From a virus (Duplodnaviria > Caudoviricetes): a stretch of 59,341 bases of DNA. Positions 19,731 to 28,989 of the stretch are shown here, piece after piece. Under the pieces are notes generated by a model. That model did no database searches. It had not been told where the DNA came from and worked only from the letters and a program-made list of their open reading frames with translations. Position 1 is the first letter of the stretch. Each line of letters begins with the position of its first letter. The translations under genes and the position numbers were made by a program. The stretch is from positions 1 through 59,341 of the IMG/VR virus record IMGVR_UViG_3300043429_000266. One strand, given 5' to 3'.

Positions 19731-20142
19731 TGAGGGTCTCCTTTACTTGGTTGTACCGGTCGATGCAGGAGTTGAGCTCGATGATGGCTCGGTCACCTTC
19801 GGCGACGAGGCGGATAAGGTCTTCAACAGTCTGTCCGTCAAGTTCGGCTCGCGCTTGTGCATTGTTGCCGGCAGCGGAGGCACATCCACTCGCGGGGGTG
19901 AGGGGGACGTACAGCCTTGGGCGGCTAGCAATAACGGCAGACAGCTTAGCTTCAAAATCTTGCTTAACAGCTTCATCTTTGACATCCTGTTCATCCTTCT
20001 TTTTGTTCATCTCGGTGTTCAGACGGGCTATCTCCAGCGCGTCCTCGGTCTCCTTTTGCACATAACCGGCATGGTGGCCGTAGAAATATGCAGAAACCGC
20101 GACAGCTATAGCCCCCAGAATCATCCAAGGGTTCGGCATCAT
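19717..20142 (-). CDS. i-spanin (Rz-like)
   Basis: N-terminal TM followed by a coiled-coil; next to the endolysin. Confidence 0.8.
   Translation of the reverse strand: MMPNPWMILGAIAVAVSAYFYGHHAGYVQKETEDALEIARLNTEMNKKKDEQDVKDEAVKQDFEAKLSAVIASRPRLYVPLTPASGCASAAGNNAQARAELDGQTVEDLIRLVAEGDRAIIELNSCIDRYNQVKETLSGNR
19743..19976 (-). CDS. o-spanin (Rz1-like) embedded in the i-spanin gene
   Basis: Alternate-frame ORF MKLLSKILKLSCLPLLLAAQGC with a lipobox and Pro-rich body. Confidence 0.72.
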   Translation of the reverse strand: MKLLSKILKLSCLPLLLAAQGCTSPSPPRVDVPPLPATMHKREPNLTDRLLKTLSASSPKVTEPSSSSTPASTGTTK

Positions 20143-20639
20143 ACTCCCTCCAGTCGTGCGGCTGCTCGTTCACGGGCGATGTCCTCCACGGCGGGGTCTA
20201 CGTAATTAGCAGGGGTTGAGGGTGGCGGGGGCGCGCGCCACTCTTCGTCCAGCTCAGGGTTCTTGAACCCATTGAAGTTAAAGTCAAACATGCCCGACTG
20301 AACCGTAGGCGCGGGGCTAACACTAGGCGCTACGGTTTGGGGCTGTGGGGGTTGCACCTGTGAGGTTGCGATGCGCTCTGAAATGGCCTGAACACCCTTC
20401 TTCGACATCACGCCGCCGATACCCCCTACGATCAACAACACGATGTCGTTGAGCATCTTAGCAAAGGCTTGATCCATCGGGGCCATGCTCTTGAGCGGCT
20501 GCGTAACGTAAGCGAGACTGTACAGCATAAACATCACGATTCCGGCAAGGATGATCGTAACGATGATGACTACGACGGCCCAGACGCGGACCTCGATCTC
20601 TTCAGCGGTCAGCCGATGCGGCGGGTATTGGTGCTTCAA
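20139..20639 (-). CDS. Holin-like membrane protein
   Basis: Two TM segments, inside the lysis cassette. Confidence 0.6.
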   Translation of the reverse strand: MKHQYPPHRLTAEEIEVRVWAVVVIIVTIILAGIVMFMLYSLAYVTQPLKSMAPMDQAFAKMLNDIVLLIVGGIGGVMSKKGVQAISERIATSQVQPPQPQTVAPSVSPAPTVQSGMFDFNFNGFKNPELDEEWRAPPPPSTPANYVDPAVEDIARERAAARLEGV

Positions 20640-20817
20640 TTTTCTTCTCCATTACGGGGGCTACTAGGTAATCGGGGCAGTCTTGCGTGAACTGGCAGTC
20701 GGGCCGCTGGCATCGCTTTTGCGCCCAGTTGGCGGGGTCTTGACAGTAGTAACGGAACCGCTCCTCGCAGGCCGTCAAACTAGTCAGGATCAATAGGATC
20801 GCGGCGAGTTTTTTCAC
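20602..20817 (-). CDS. Small Cys-rich lipoprotein
   Basis: LTAC lipobox; RYYCQDPANW..CQRPDC....CP. Confidence 0.7.
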   Translation of the reverse strand: MKKLAAILLILTSLTACEERFRYYCQDPANWAQKRCQRPDCQFTQDCPDYLVAPVMEKKIEAPIPAASADR

Positions 20818-20962
20818 GTTTCTTTTCCTTCTCTTCTAAACGGACGACCAGCGCCTTCACTTCTTTGAGTTGCTTGTTTGTGTGCAGGGAGACCATAGAC
20901 AACGCCATGATGCAGAATATCAGCAGCGTGACGATTGCAACCCAAAACCAAAATTCCTTCAT
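20780..20962 (-). CDS. Single-TM protein
   Basis: MKEFWFWVAIV hydrophobic N-terminus; ATGA coupling. Confidence 0.55.
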   Translation of the reverse strand: MKEFWFWVAIVTLLIFCIMALSMVSLHTNKQLKEVKALVVRLEEKEKKREKTRRDPIDPD

Positions 20963-21690
20963 AGAGTGAAATACATTCCAATCATTTGCAGCAGCCCCAT
21001 TGCTGTTGCTACTACGTAGGTTATCTTGGCCACCAGAATTTCTTTGCGGTGTTCTTGTCGCCATCGGTTGTCCCGTTCTCTCTTTGCTTTGAGTTCCCGA
21101 GCAACCTCTTGCTCTTCTAAAATCTCATCGTACTTGGACAAAAACTCTTTGTACATTGACCCTAACCCTAGAGACTCCGGCGTTCCGTAGATCATGGACT
21201 GCTTCAGCTGGGTTGACAGTTGATCCATTTGCCACTGAATCTCTATGCGGTCAATCGCACTATCGGCAACTTTGTCGGTGGTCAAGGCCAGCTCGTCTAG
21301 TTCTCGGCAGTGTGCTTTGAGATGCCTCATGGCTTCAAAGTAGATCTTCAAGTTTTCACAAATTTCATGCACCGCGCGCGCCTGAAACTCCTCATAACTC
21401 AGCTCTGGTTCGGGCTCCTGTTTTGTCTTTTTCGCAGCGGGCTTTTGGGCTTCTGCGGGCTGCTGAACGACAACACTTGCAGCAGGTTTCTGAGGCGCGC
21501 CAAATAAAGATTTGACCCAACCCCAGATACCGGTGACTTCTTTGAAGATCGCTTTTGCGTCGGCGACCCCACCTTCGACTTGCTTTTTGAATTTACCGAT
21601 TTCAGCCTTCCCCTCGGATAGCATCTGGCAGCCAGCGCGTATAGCGCCGACTGCACTTTGTGCCATGAGGAGAAGACTGATCGGATCCAC
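20959..21690 (-). CDS. Coiled-coil protein with C-terminal TM (lysis region)
   Basis: MDPIS N-terminus; hydrophobic C-terminal anchor. Confidence 0.65.
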   Translation of the reverse strand: MDPISLLLMAQSAVGAIRAGCQMLSEGKAEIGKFKKQVEGGVADAKAIFKEVTGIWGWVKSLFGAPQKPAASVVVQQPAEAQKPAAKKTKQEPEPELSYEEFQARAVHEICENLKIYFEAMRHLKAHCRELDELALTTDKVADSAIDRIEIQWQMDQLSTQLKQSMIYGTPESLGLGSMYKEFLSKYDEILEEQEVARELKAKRERDNRWRQEHRKEILVAKITYVVATAMGLLQMIGMYFTL

Positions 21691-21692
21691 AT

Positions 21693-21899
21693 TTAGAGGC
21701 CGATCAGCTTCTTGAAGAACTCAGCCGCCGCTCCAGGCCCGAGCAGGACAGCTGCAAGCACCGCATAAATGAGGTATTGCATCTTGTCCATACGCTCCGC
21801 ACCTTTGTCTAGGCGGTCACTGATGGTCTCGTAACGTTGAGCACACACGGCTTCGTGAGTGTCCAAACGGGCTGCGGTTACTGAGATGGTGTCGGTCAT
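21693..21899 (-). CDS. XhlA/hemolysin-like small membrane protein
   Basis: HEAVCAQRY coiled-coil plus C-terminal TM. Confidence 0.6.
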   Translation of the reverse strand: MTDTISVTAARLDTHEAVCAQRYETISDRLDKGAERMDKMQYLIYAVLAAVLLGPGAAAEFFKKLIGL

Positions 21900-22102
21900 T
21901 ACTCACCCGTTTTGGCTAAAGATTGTTTCAACATGCCGACAAAAGCGTCACGTGCTACGGAGAACTGGTCGGCTTGCATCTGCAGGCCGCCGAGCTTGGA
22001 GTTCAAGTCGTTGATCTGAGCCACAAAGGCTTTTTGCTGGTCAGTGAAGGTCGTAAAGTCATGCTCAACGCCGTCGATGGAGATTGTTTTCAGTTCGTTC
22101 AT
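21899..22102 (-). CDS. Small coiled-coil protein, tail-fibre associated
   Basis: ISIDGVEHD then heptads; lies after the fibre genes. Confidence 0.6.
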   Translation of the reverse strand: MNELKTISIDGVEHDFTTFTDQQKAFVAQINDLNSKLGGLQMQADQFSVARDAFVGMLKQSLAKTGE

Positions 22103-22359
22103 GCTTGGCGCTCCGCAGCTTGCGCAACCACTTGAGCTTCGTAAGCGGCAACGACTTCAGGTGTCCACGCAGTATTGGCGATTGCAGCCACGTTTGCAGG
22201 TTGACCTGATAGGTCTTGGCCAGGAGTCAAAGAAGTGCGGTGGTAGGTTTGAGCGATTTGCTCATCATCGCGCAGAATGCGTGTTGCTTCACGGTACAAG
22301 ATAACACCGTTCTCGGTGACTGTGATTTGGTCAATGACTTTTGTTTCTGAGAGCGCCAT
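22099..22359 (-). CDS. Tail-fibre assembly-like protein
   Basis: YHRTSLTPG...WTPEVVAAY pattern, commonly found after fibre genes. Confidence 0.6.
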   Translation of the reverse strand: MALSETKVIDQITVTENGVILYREATRILRDDEQIAQTYHRTSLTPGQDLSGQPANVAAIANTAWTPEVVAAYEAQVVAQAAERQA

Positions 22360-22370
22360 AATGTTGTCCT

Positions 22371-22928
22371 TTATGCTGTGATGTAAGTTAAACCGAATGT
22401 GATTGTTGCGGCTGTGTCCATAGCAACCGCGCCGTTAATACCTGCTGTTCCAGGTGAAATATACCCAACCACAATTTGAGACGCGTTGCTTGGAAAATAA
22501 ACACAAAGAACGCTACCTGCGGTAATTGTCAATGTTGCGGCATCAGCTAAAGAAATCCACTCTTGCGTACCGTCATTCGGAGTAACAAACGGAATCCCAG
22601 CAACGCGCATATTTCCTGTGCCAGTGTGCGCTACCCACGTCAACCAAATTACAAGCGTTACAACGTTACCGACTTTTGTGTATTTACCAAACTGGGTTGT
22701 GTACGTACCGACACCCGCCGTTGTCGTGCCGACAATCGTTGGAGTAAAACTCCCTTCCTCATAATCATCTAGTGTGTTTGCGTTAGATGATGCCGAAATA
22801 GCGGCGGGGAATGTAATACCAGCGCCGGACGCTGCCGGAGTTGCGCCGCCCACACCGATAGTTGAGGCGGAAATCAACGTACCTGCGTTGGTTGTAACGC
22901 CGTTTGTTCCATCAATTACGACTGACAT
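22371..22928 (-). CDS. Tail fibre / receptor-binding protein
   Basis: LDDYEEGSFTP...YTKVGNVV...GIPF head domain. Confidence 0.7.
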   Translation of the reverse strand: MSVVIDGTNGVTTNAGTLISASTIGVGGATPAASGAGITFPAAISASSNANTLDDYEEGSFTPTIVGTTTAGVGTYTTQFGKYTKVGNVVTLVIWLTWVAHTGTGNMRVAGIPFVTPNDGTQEWISLADAATLTITAGSVLCVYFPSNASQIVVGYISPGTAGINGAVAMDTAATITFGLTYITA

Positions 22929-24139
22929 TATTTAGCCTCCAACGCAGTGATGCGCTCAGTGAGTGTTGTGATTAGGGCTTGTTGTTCTTGGATGGCTGCT
23001 GTCAGCGTAGCGACCAAGAAACTGGTGTCGATGCCTTGATAAACAGGGTTGCCGCTATCATCAACAGCGTCTTTTTCACCTGTTACACAGTCAGGCACTA
23101 CTTCAGCCAGTTCGTGAGCGATGAATCCTTGCCCGTTTGAACCGTCAGCTTTCCATTTGTATGTGCAAGGCTTGAGCTGCTGAACCACAGACAAAGCTGC
23201 TGTCATTGGCTGCACATTTTCTTTCAGTCTGTAATCAGATGATGTTGCATAACTAACAGTACTCGCGCCGTTTTGTGTAATGTTACCGATTGCGGAACTT
23301 GTTGTTCTAAATTGAGCAAATACAGAACCAATAGAACCATAGGTTGTTTTAAACACAATACCGTTTTGCGTCAGTCCGTCAAACGTAACTCCAACTTTTT
23401 CTCCGTTAATTTGACTTGTAGCCCCAACCAGCAAGTTACCGCTGGTGTCAAGGCGCATCTTTTCAACAGGTGTTCCTAGCGCATCAACAGTAAACGTAAG
23501 TGCGTTACTGTTCTTGGCAGTGGAACCCATTTCGATTCCCCACGAGTTACCGTAGCCGTTCAAGAAGTAACCGCAACTAGCAGAACTACCTGCGTTCTGG
23601 TTGCGAACAAGAATACTTTGCACTACTGAGTTTGCGTCATCTGAACGAGCAACTTTTGCGGAATACGGCTGTGTGGTTGTTCCCAACAACAAGTTACCGC
23701 TGGAGTCGATACGGGCGCGCTCTACAAGACCTAACGCCGCGTTTGTTGTGCTGAGTTGTAAATAGCCAGAAATGTCTGCACCAGTGCCGTTTTCTTTGCG
23801 ACCTGCCACCGCACCAAAGATCGTCTCACTTGTGCCGGTGTATGAACCCCCAAAAGAAAGCTGACCGCCTAAGTTAGCCGCCATTGAATCTGTTGTGTAC
23901 AGATACGCAGTACCACGGGAGGCAGTTACTGCGTTTGCTGCGGCAATGGTGACACGGGCTGTACCTGGAGTCGCACCAAAACCAACTTTCTGAGTGTTGT
24001 CCACATAAACAGCATTCGTAGCCGTGCCACCACTTGTAGTGGTTTGCAGAATCAAAACGCCGTCATTGCCGCCTGTCTCTTTGAGGCCAGCAGACCCGCT
24101 GCTTGCGCCGTTGTCGCTGAGGATGATTGTCGATGCCAT
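22928..24139 (-). CDS. Tail fibre with C-terminal peptidase S74 intramolecular chaperone
   Basis: RIDSSGN repeats; SDYRLKENV...GFIAHE...coiled-coil. Confidence 0.85.
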   Translation of the reverse strand: MASTIILSDNGASSGSAGLKETGGNDGVLILQTTTSGGTATNAVYVDNTQKVGFGATPGTARVTIAAANAVTASRGTAYLYTTDSMAANLGGQLSFGGSYTGTSETIFGAVAGRKENGTGADISGYLQLSTTNAALGLVERARIDSSGNLLLGTTTQPYSAKVARSDDANSVVQSILVRNQNAGSSASCGYFLNGYGNSWGIEMGSTAKNSNALTFTVDALGTPVEKMRLDTSGNLLVGATSQINGEKVGVTFDGLTQNGIVFKTTYGSIGSVFAQFRTTSSAIGNITQNGASTVSYATSSDYRLKENVQPMTAALSVVQQLKPCTYKWKADGSNGQGFIAHELAEVVPDCVTGEKDAVDDSGNPVYQGIDTSFLVATLTAAIQEQQALITTLTERITALEAK

Positions 24140-25395
24140 TATGCGGCTCCCTTCAATGTTGCAATGTCAGCCTTGGCTGCGTCGAGTTCGGCTTTGAGTT
24201 CTTGGATGGCTTTTGTCAAGATGGCAACCACAGATCGGTCGCTGTAGTTTCGGAACTTGTCCTCATCCAAGGTGTCAATGCCGGGGGAAGCCTCTGGAAC
24301 CACCGCCGCAACCTCTTGCGCGATAAAGCCCAACTCTTCATACCCTTCGTTGTAGAACGGAGTTTCTTCGTCCCAACGATAGTATGTTGGTGCGAGTTGA
24401 GCAACTAACTCTAAAGCGTTTTCAATTCCGCGAGTTTTGGTCTTGTAACGACCGTCAGATGCAGAAATAACGCCGCTAGAGTTGGTTGACAACGTGCCAG
24501 CGCCGTAAGCATTGAACGCAACAGTTCCATTGCTATAAACAGTTAGACGATCCAGTAATGCTGTTCCAGTTCCTTTTGTTTGAAGCACCAAGTCTCCAGC
24601 ACCTGTGCCTCCTGATGATTGATATGCGGCTTTAATTCGTGCAAAGCGTTGGCCATTACTTGTAATAGACCAACCAATACCATAATCATTTGAACTAGAA
24701 CCGTCAGCGGTAACGCACTCAAAGCAATCACCGCCAGATTGGTAAGATTGAAGTTTTCCAGCGGAGCCTGTGACCGTTGTGATGCCTACAAGCGCAGCTC
24801 CGCCATCGGATTGCAGCACTAGGTCTTTATACGCAACACCTTGCTCAACAACCTGAATTTTGTAGTAGCTATTGCCCCATCGCTCAACAATGAAATCCAT
24901 AGTGTTGGATGAGTCGCTTGAAGACAAAATAAACGGATAGCCCGTTGTGGTTGCTTTGGCGGTTGAGTCTTTAACGTACAGGCGATAGCTGGTGGACGAT
25001 GAAATACCAATACCCACGTTACCAGTGGACTGTATTGCTAAAGCAGGTGTTGTGTAAGTAGTGCCGCCGTTAGCGGTTGAAGGCGTAAACTCGATCCCCG
25101 CCACGTTCAAGTTGTTGGCGATCTGCCAATTTTTACCTGCGCTTGTGCCCTGCATACGCAACACAGAGTTGCTGTTGGTTGTTACATCACCAATGGTGAT
25201 GCCGTTGCTAGAGCCTTTGGCAAATGTGGCTAGGCCACTGTAAGAAGAAGCTCCTGCAAAAGTCACAGATTGATCTGAGCCAAGCGTAAGTGCAGTAGTA
25301 GGCGAAGCGCCTGTCTGAAAGACGAGTGTGCCTGTAGTGTTTGAGGTGACTACAAAACCAGTTGTAGTTGTGGTTGATGCGCTAATCGTGCTCAT
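24139..25395 (-). CDS. Second tail fibre with peptidase S74 chaperone
   Basis: SDGRYK...GFIAQEV...KAIQEL. Confidence 0.85.
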   Translation of the reverse strand: MSTISASTTTTTGFVVTSNTTGTLVFQTGASPTTALTLGSDQSVTFAGASSYSGLATFAKGSSNGITIGDVTTNSNSVLRMQGTSAGKNWQIANNLNVAGIEFTPSTANGGTTYTTPALAIQSTGNVGIGISSSTSYRLYVKDSTAKATTTGYPFILSSSDSSNTMDFIVERWGNSYYKIQVVEQGVAYKDLVLQSDGGAALVGITTVTGSAGKLQSYQSGGDCFECVTADGSSSNDYGIGWSITSNGQRFARIKAAYQSSGGTGAGDLVLQTKGTGTALLDRLTVYSNGTVAFNAYGAGTLSTNSSGVISASDGRYKTKTRGIENALELVAQLAPTYYRWDEETPFYNEGYEELGFIAQEVAAVVPEASPGIDTLDEDKFRNYSDRSVVAILTKAIQELKAELDAAKADIATLKGAA

Positions 25396-25405
25396 GCTTT
25401 ATTCC

Positions 25406-26026
25406 TTAGATGACGACCCAGCGTTGGCCAGATGTGATTGTGACGGTTGCGCCTGAATCAACAGTGATGGGGCCGACGGACAAGGCGTTGCTTCCGGCGG
25501 GTAGGGTGTAGTTGGCGGTGACTTCTGTTTTGTTGACAATCATCACCCCGTTAGCGCCGCTGTTACCTGCACCAGCTCCAGCAGACAACTGAAACTCAGT
25601 ACCGTCGTAGATGATTGTGACTGCCGCACCGGCGAGGATGTCATCAGCGCCTAACGCCACAGCGCCGTTCTTGGTGATAGCTTTAGCGCCGAGACCGCCG
25701 ATGTTGATCGTAACGGGGCCGGTGTTTGAGTTCGCCGCCACAAAGCGGAAAGACATACCGGTGATGTAAGCTGCGAACGTGGGGGTGGCCGTAGCGGTGA
25801 TTGTGTTTGTACCGCTCACCGAGGTCAACCACACGGCTGAGCCAGTTTGGTCAACGAAGTTACTCGCAGCGAGGACTTTAACAGTACCGCTGGCGTTCTT
25901 GATGAACAGCTTTTCGTCTGCGATGTTGACCGCCAACTCACCGTTCACGAGGTTACCCGCCGAGGGTGTGTTACCTGCTGTGGATGAGTGGTACGTCTGG
26001 ATTGGTGTGTAGCCGCTTTGTGCCAT
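25406..26026 (-). CDS. Tail fibre-associated structural protein
   Basis: GELAVNIADEKLF, NTGPVTINI and SVGPITV motifs. Confidence 0.65.
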   Translation of the reverse strand: MAQSGYTPIQTYHSSTAGNTPSAGNLVNGELAVNIADEKLFIKNASGTVKVLAASNFVDQTGSAVWLTSVSGTNTITATATPTFAAYITGMSFRFVAANSNTGPVTINIGGLGAKAITKNGAVALGADDILAGAAVTIIYDGTEFQLSAGAGAGNSGANGVMIVNKTEVTANYTLPAGSNALSVGPITVDSGATVTITSGQRWVVI

Positions 26027-26107
26027 GTTCTTACCTCAAATTTAACGAAATTTTATATTCGTTGGTTAGTTTTTCCACGTTTCCGCATGAATGAACCGTA
26101 TTCATCG

Positions 26108-28675
26108 TCAGAACGTGCCACCGTTGATGCCGCCCCAAGCGGGTGCGCTCGTTCCGGCAGAAGTCAAGACTTGCCCCGCAGTACCGTTAGCAATGAAGCT
26201 CGTAGCGCCCGCGCCGGTCTGGTAAGGGATCTGGCTGGCGATACCGCCCGCGAGGTTAGTCGCGGTTCCGGTAGTTACCGTGCTCGGGGCCGCGTTAGTC
26301 CAGTAAGGGCCGCTCGAGTTGTACTGCAGCAGGTTGCCGTTAGCTAAGGTTCCCGAGTTGATGTAAACATCATGTAGTTCACTAATCTCGTAACCGTTCT
26401 GCGTGTGTACGTAGATTGAACCAGCACCGCCTGAACCGCCTTTAACCACGTAACCCACCATCACCAAATGCTGCGGCGCTACGGGTTTTGTAGCTGTCCA
26501 AGCGCCTGGAGTGGTGGGTGAGAGGTAAATGATTTGACCGTCAGTGAAGCCGTTAGTGTTCAAACCGTTTACGGTGCCTTGAGTGGTCACAAACCCGCTC
26601 GAGTTGTTAGCAATAGACTCGGTTACAACGCCGATGATCGCCGCCGAGTCTGCATCCGAGTCCGCTTGCGCTAGGGCTACGGTCAAACGCTGGCCCTGTG
26701 AGCCGCTACAGTAAACCACTTGACCGTCAGTCAGCGTGGAGCCGGTGTTGTTGTAAACGTAAATGACGGTCTCTTGACCGACCTGCAAGTTCACATTCCC
26801 ACCCGCCATACCCACCTGAGGGCCGCCGTTAGTTGTGTCCCATTGAAAACGACCGACGGTGGGAGTTGTGGTGGCTGCCGTGTTGAGCTGAACGTAATCT
26901 GTACCGACCGCAGTCAAACCCGTAGCCGAGCCGCCGGTGATAGCCACTGCGTTGGCGTTCTGGGTGGACATCGTACCCAAGCCTGACACCTGAGTGTTGG
27001 CGATAGCGATGTCCGTTTCAGCCATTGCCGTGAGCTGGCCCTGTGCGTTCACAGTGGCGGTCAGGGTCTTGCTAGCAGCGCCGTAACTCGCAGCAGTCAC
27101 CGCCGTGTTGGCGATTGAGATAGTGCCGCTGGAGGTGATAGGGCCGCCGGTGAGCCCCGTACCCGTGGCAACCGAAGTCACAGTGCCCGAGTACGCATCA
27201 CTAGAGCTGATTGTGAAGTTAGGGTACGTACCTGTGATGGTGGTTGTACCACCTTGAGTCAAGGTGACGACTTGATCAGGTGCGGTGTTAGTGATTGTCA
27301 CCGATGCCGAACCGTCAAAACTCGTACCGCTCAAACCGCTACCGATTGTCAACGCATTCGCGACTTTACCTGCGGTGGTCGCTGAGGTGGCCGAAGTGGC
27401 GGTTGCGGCGTTGCCGCTGATGTCGATAGCCCAAGTGCCCGAGGCACCCGTTCCGGTTGCGGAAGGCGCGCCTACGTCAGCGTAGTCGAGTACGACAGCA
27501 CCGACTTCACCGTTAACCGAGACCACGGAGTTGCTTTGGTCAATCTTTTGCCACTCAGCGCCGTTAAAGATCGCCCAGTCGCCGACTTGCCAGTCTGTAA
27601 TACCGTTCAGGTTAGTAGTACCGGCTACGCTCACGGTGTAGTAGTTACCGTTGGTACCTACGCTTGAAGTGAGAGTCGGATTGTTAGTGCTCGCGTTCCA
27701 GTTACCTTTATACTCAAGGCCGCCGGTAAAGCTGGTCGAGGTAATAGAGGTGATGACACCTTTACCGTTCACGGTAATGATTGGGATCGCGGTCAGCGAG
27801 CCGTAAGTACCCGCAACGGCTGCCGTGTCGGGCAGGTCAGCGTTCACCATCGCACGGAACAACGGGTCGGCGTTACCGCCTGAAGTCGGGCCGGCAAAGA
27901 ACGTGTTAGCCGCTTGAGGCGTGACGACGAGCGCCGAACCCCAAGTATACTCACCCGTCCCGTTAGAAATGAGCACCTGACCGTCCTCACCCACGGGGCC
28001 GACGTACAAGCCGTCAGCGCCGCACCAGATGATAGCGCCAGCGTCAGGAACCAAACTACGGGCCGTGCCGCCGTTGCTCAAGCCGAGAATGTTGTCAACT
28101 TCGTCATCACTTGACAAGTCTACGGCAGGGTGCTTGTGATCAGCGCGAGAGACAGCCTCTGAGGTGCCTGCGCTGCCGCTTTGGAAGCCCGCCTCTGGGG
28201 TTGTGTCAGCGAGGTCCACCGCCAGCGTGACGTTGGCATTTAGCGTACCGCCGCCGGTCAAGCCTGCGCCGGCAATGACTTGGCGAGTCTCAGGCACGTA
28301 ACCTGACACTTCGACGGGGATAGAAGTAGCGGCAGTGACACGGCCCGTAGAGTCTACAGTCAACACAGGTACGCTTGTCGCAGTACCGTAAACACCGGCG
28401 GTCACGCCCGTGTCTGAGAGCAGGGAGCCGTTCACACCCTTTGAGGCGATGCTCAGTGTGACGTTAGAAGCCAGCTGGCCACCGCCCGACATACCCGTAC
28501 CGGCAATGACTTGACGGGTTGTAGGTACACCGGCCACGCTGAGCAGGTCACCCACGCGAATTTGGTAGTTGTTGCCTTGGTAGACAATCATCATCAAACT
28601 GTCTTCCGACGCTACGGGCGCGGTGGGCAGTTGGGTGACGCGCAGGGGGATTAGGTTGCTAGGTACTTGTGCCAT
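26108..28675 (-). CDS. Large tail/fibre structural protein
   Basis: Repeated AGTGLTGGG, TVDSTGRVTA and YKGNWNASTN motifs; Thr/Gly-rich. Confidence 0.75.
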   Translation of the reverse strand: MAQVPSNLIPLRVTQLPTAPVASEDSLMMIVYQGNNYQIRVGDLLSVAGVPTTRQVIAGTGMSGGGQLASNVTLSIASKGVNGSLLSDTGVTAGVYGTATSVPVLTVDSTGRVTAATSIPVEVSGYVPETRQVIAGAGLTGGGTLNANVTLAVDLADTTPEAGFQSGSAGTSEAVSRADHKHPAVDLSSDDEVDNILGLSNGGTARSLVPDAGAIIWCGADGLYVGPVGEDGQVLISNGTGEYTWGSALVVTPQAANTFFAGPTSGGNADPLFRAMVNADLPDTAAVAGTYGSLTAIPIITVNGKGVITSITSTSFTGGLEYKGNWNASTNNPTLTSSVGTNGNYYTVSVAGTTNLNGITDWQVGDWAIFNGAEWQKIDQSNSVVSVNGEVGAVVLDYADVGAPSATGTGASGTWAIDISGNAATATSATSATTAGKVANALTIGSGLSGTSFDGSASVTITNTAPDQVVTLTQGGTTTITGTYPNFTISSSDAYSGTVTSVATGTGLTGGPITSSGTISIANTAVTAASYGAASKTLTATVNAQGQLTAMAETDIAIANTQVSGLGTMSTQNANAVAITGGSATGLTAVGTDYVQLNTAATTTPTVGRFQWDTTNGGPQVGMAGGNVNLQVGQETVIYVYNNTGSTLTDGQVVYCSGSQGQRLTVALAQADSDADSAAIIGVVTESIANNSSGFVTTQGTVNGLNTNGFTDGQIIYLSPTTPGAWTATKPVAPQHLVMVGYVVKGGSGGAGSIYVHTQNGYEISELHDVYINSGTLANGNLLQYNSSGPYWTNAAPSTVTTGTATNLAGGIASQIPYQTGAGATSFIANGTAGQVLTSAGTSAPAWGGINGGTF

Positions 28676-28680
28676 GCTGC

Positions 28681-28989
28681 TCAATCAATGATGTAGAGGA
28701 ACCGCTGACCATCTTCAGAGATGATAAAGTCGGTACCGTCTTGTGTGATGACGCCGGTAGGTTCAGTGTTGATCGGGGTGTCTGGTCGTGTGAACGGCAG
28801 CACGATTTGATCCTCACGGCGGGGGGCAAGGCGGTACGGGTCGTAGTCGTCCAAGTCCTCTTTACATACCTTGAGCCCAGGAGAGTTTGGGTCTGAAAAG
28901 AGTTCCGCCAAGCGCATTTTGCGCGAGCAACGACCACAGATGCCGATTCCGTACGTAGGTTCGCCAGTGGGGTCGATGTAGATGCTCAT
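28681..28989 (-). CDS. Hypothetical protein with CxxC
   Basis: GICGRCS...LKVC; coupled to neighbouring genes. Confidence 0.65.
   Translation of the reverse strand: MSIYIDPTGEPTYGIGICGRCSRKMRLAELFSDPNSPGLKVCKEDLDDYDPYRLAPRREDQIVLPFTRPDTPINTEPTGVITQDGTDFIISEDGQRFLYIID

Noticed and set aside
22928-25395. Diversity-generating retroelement or invertible fibre switch
   Set aside because: No reverse transcriptase, invertase or TR/VR pair was seen; the similarities are short protein-level repeats.
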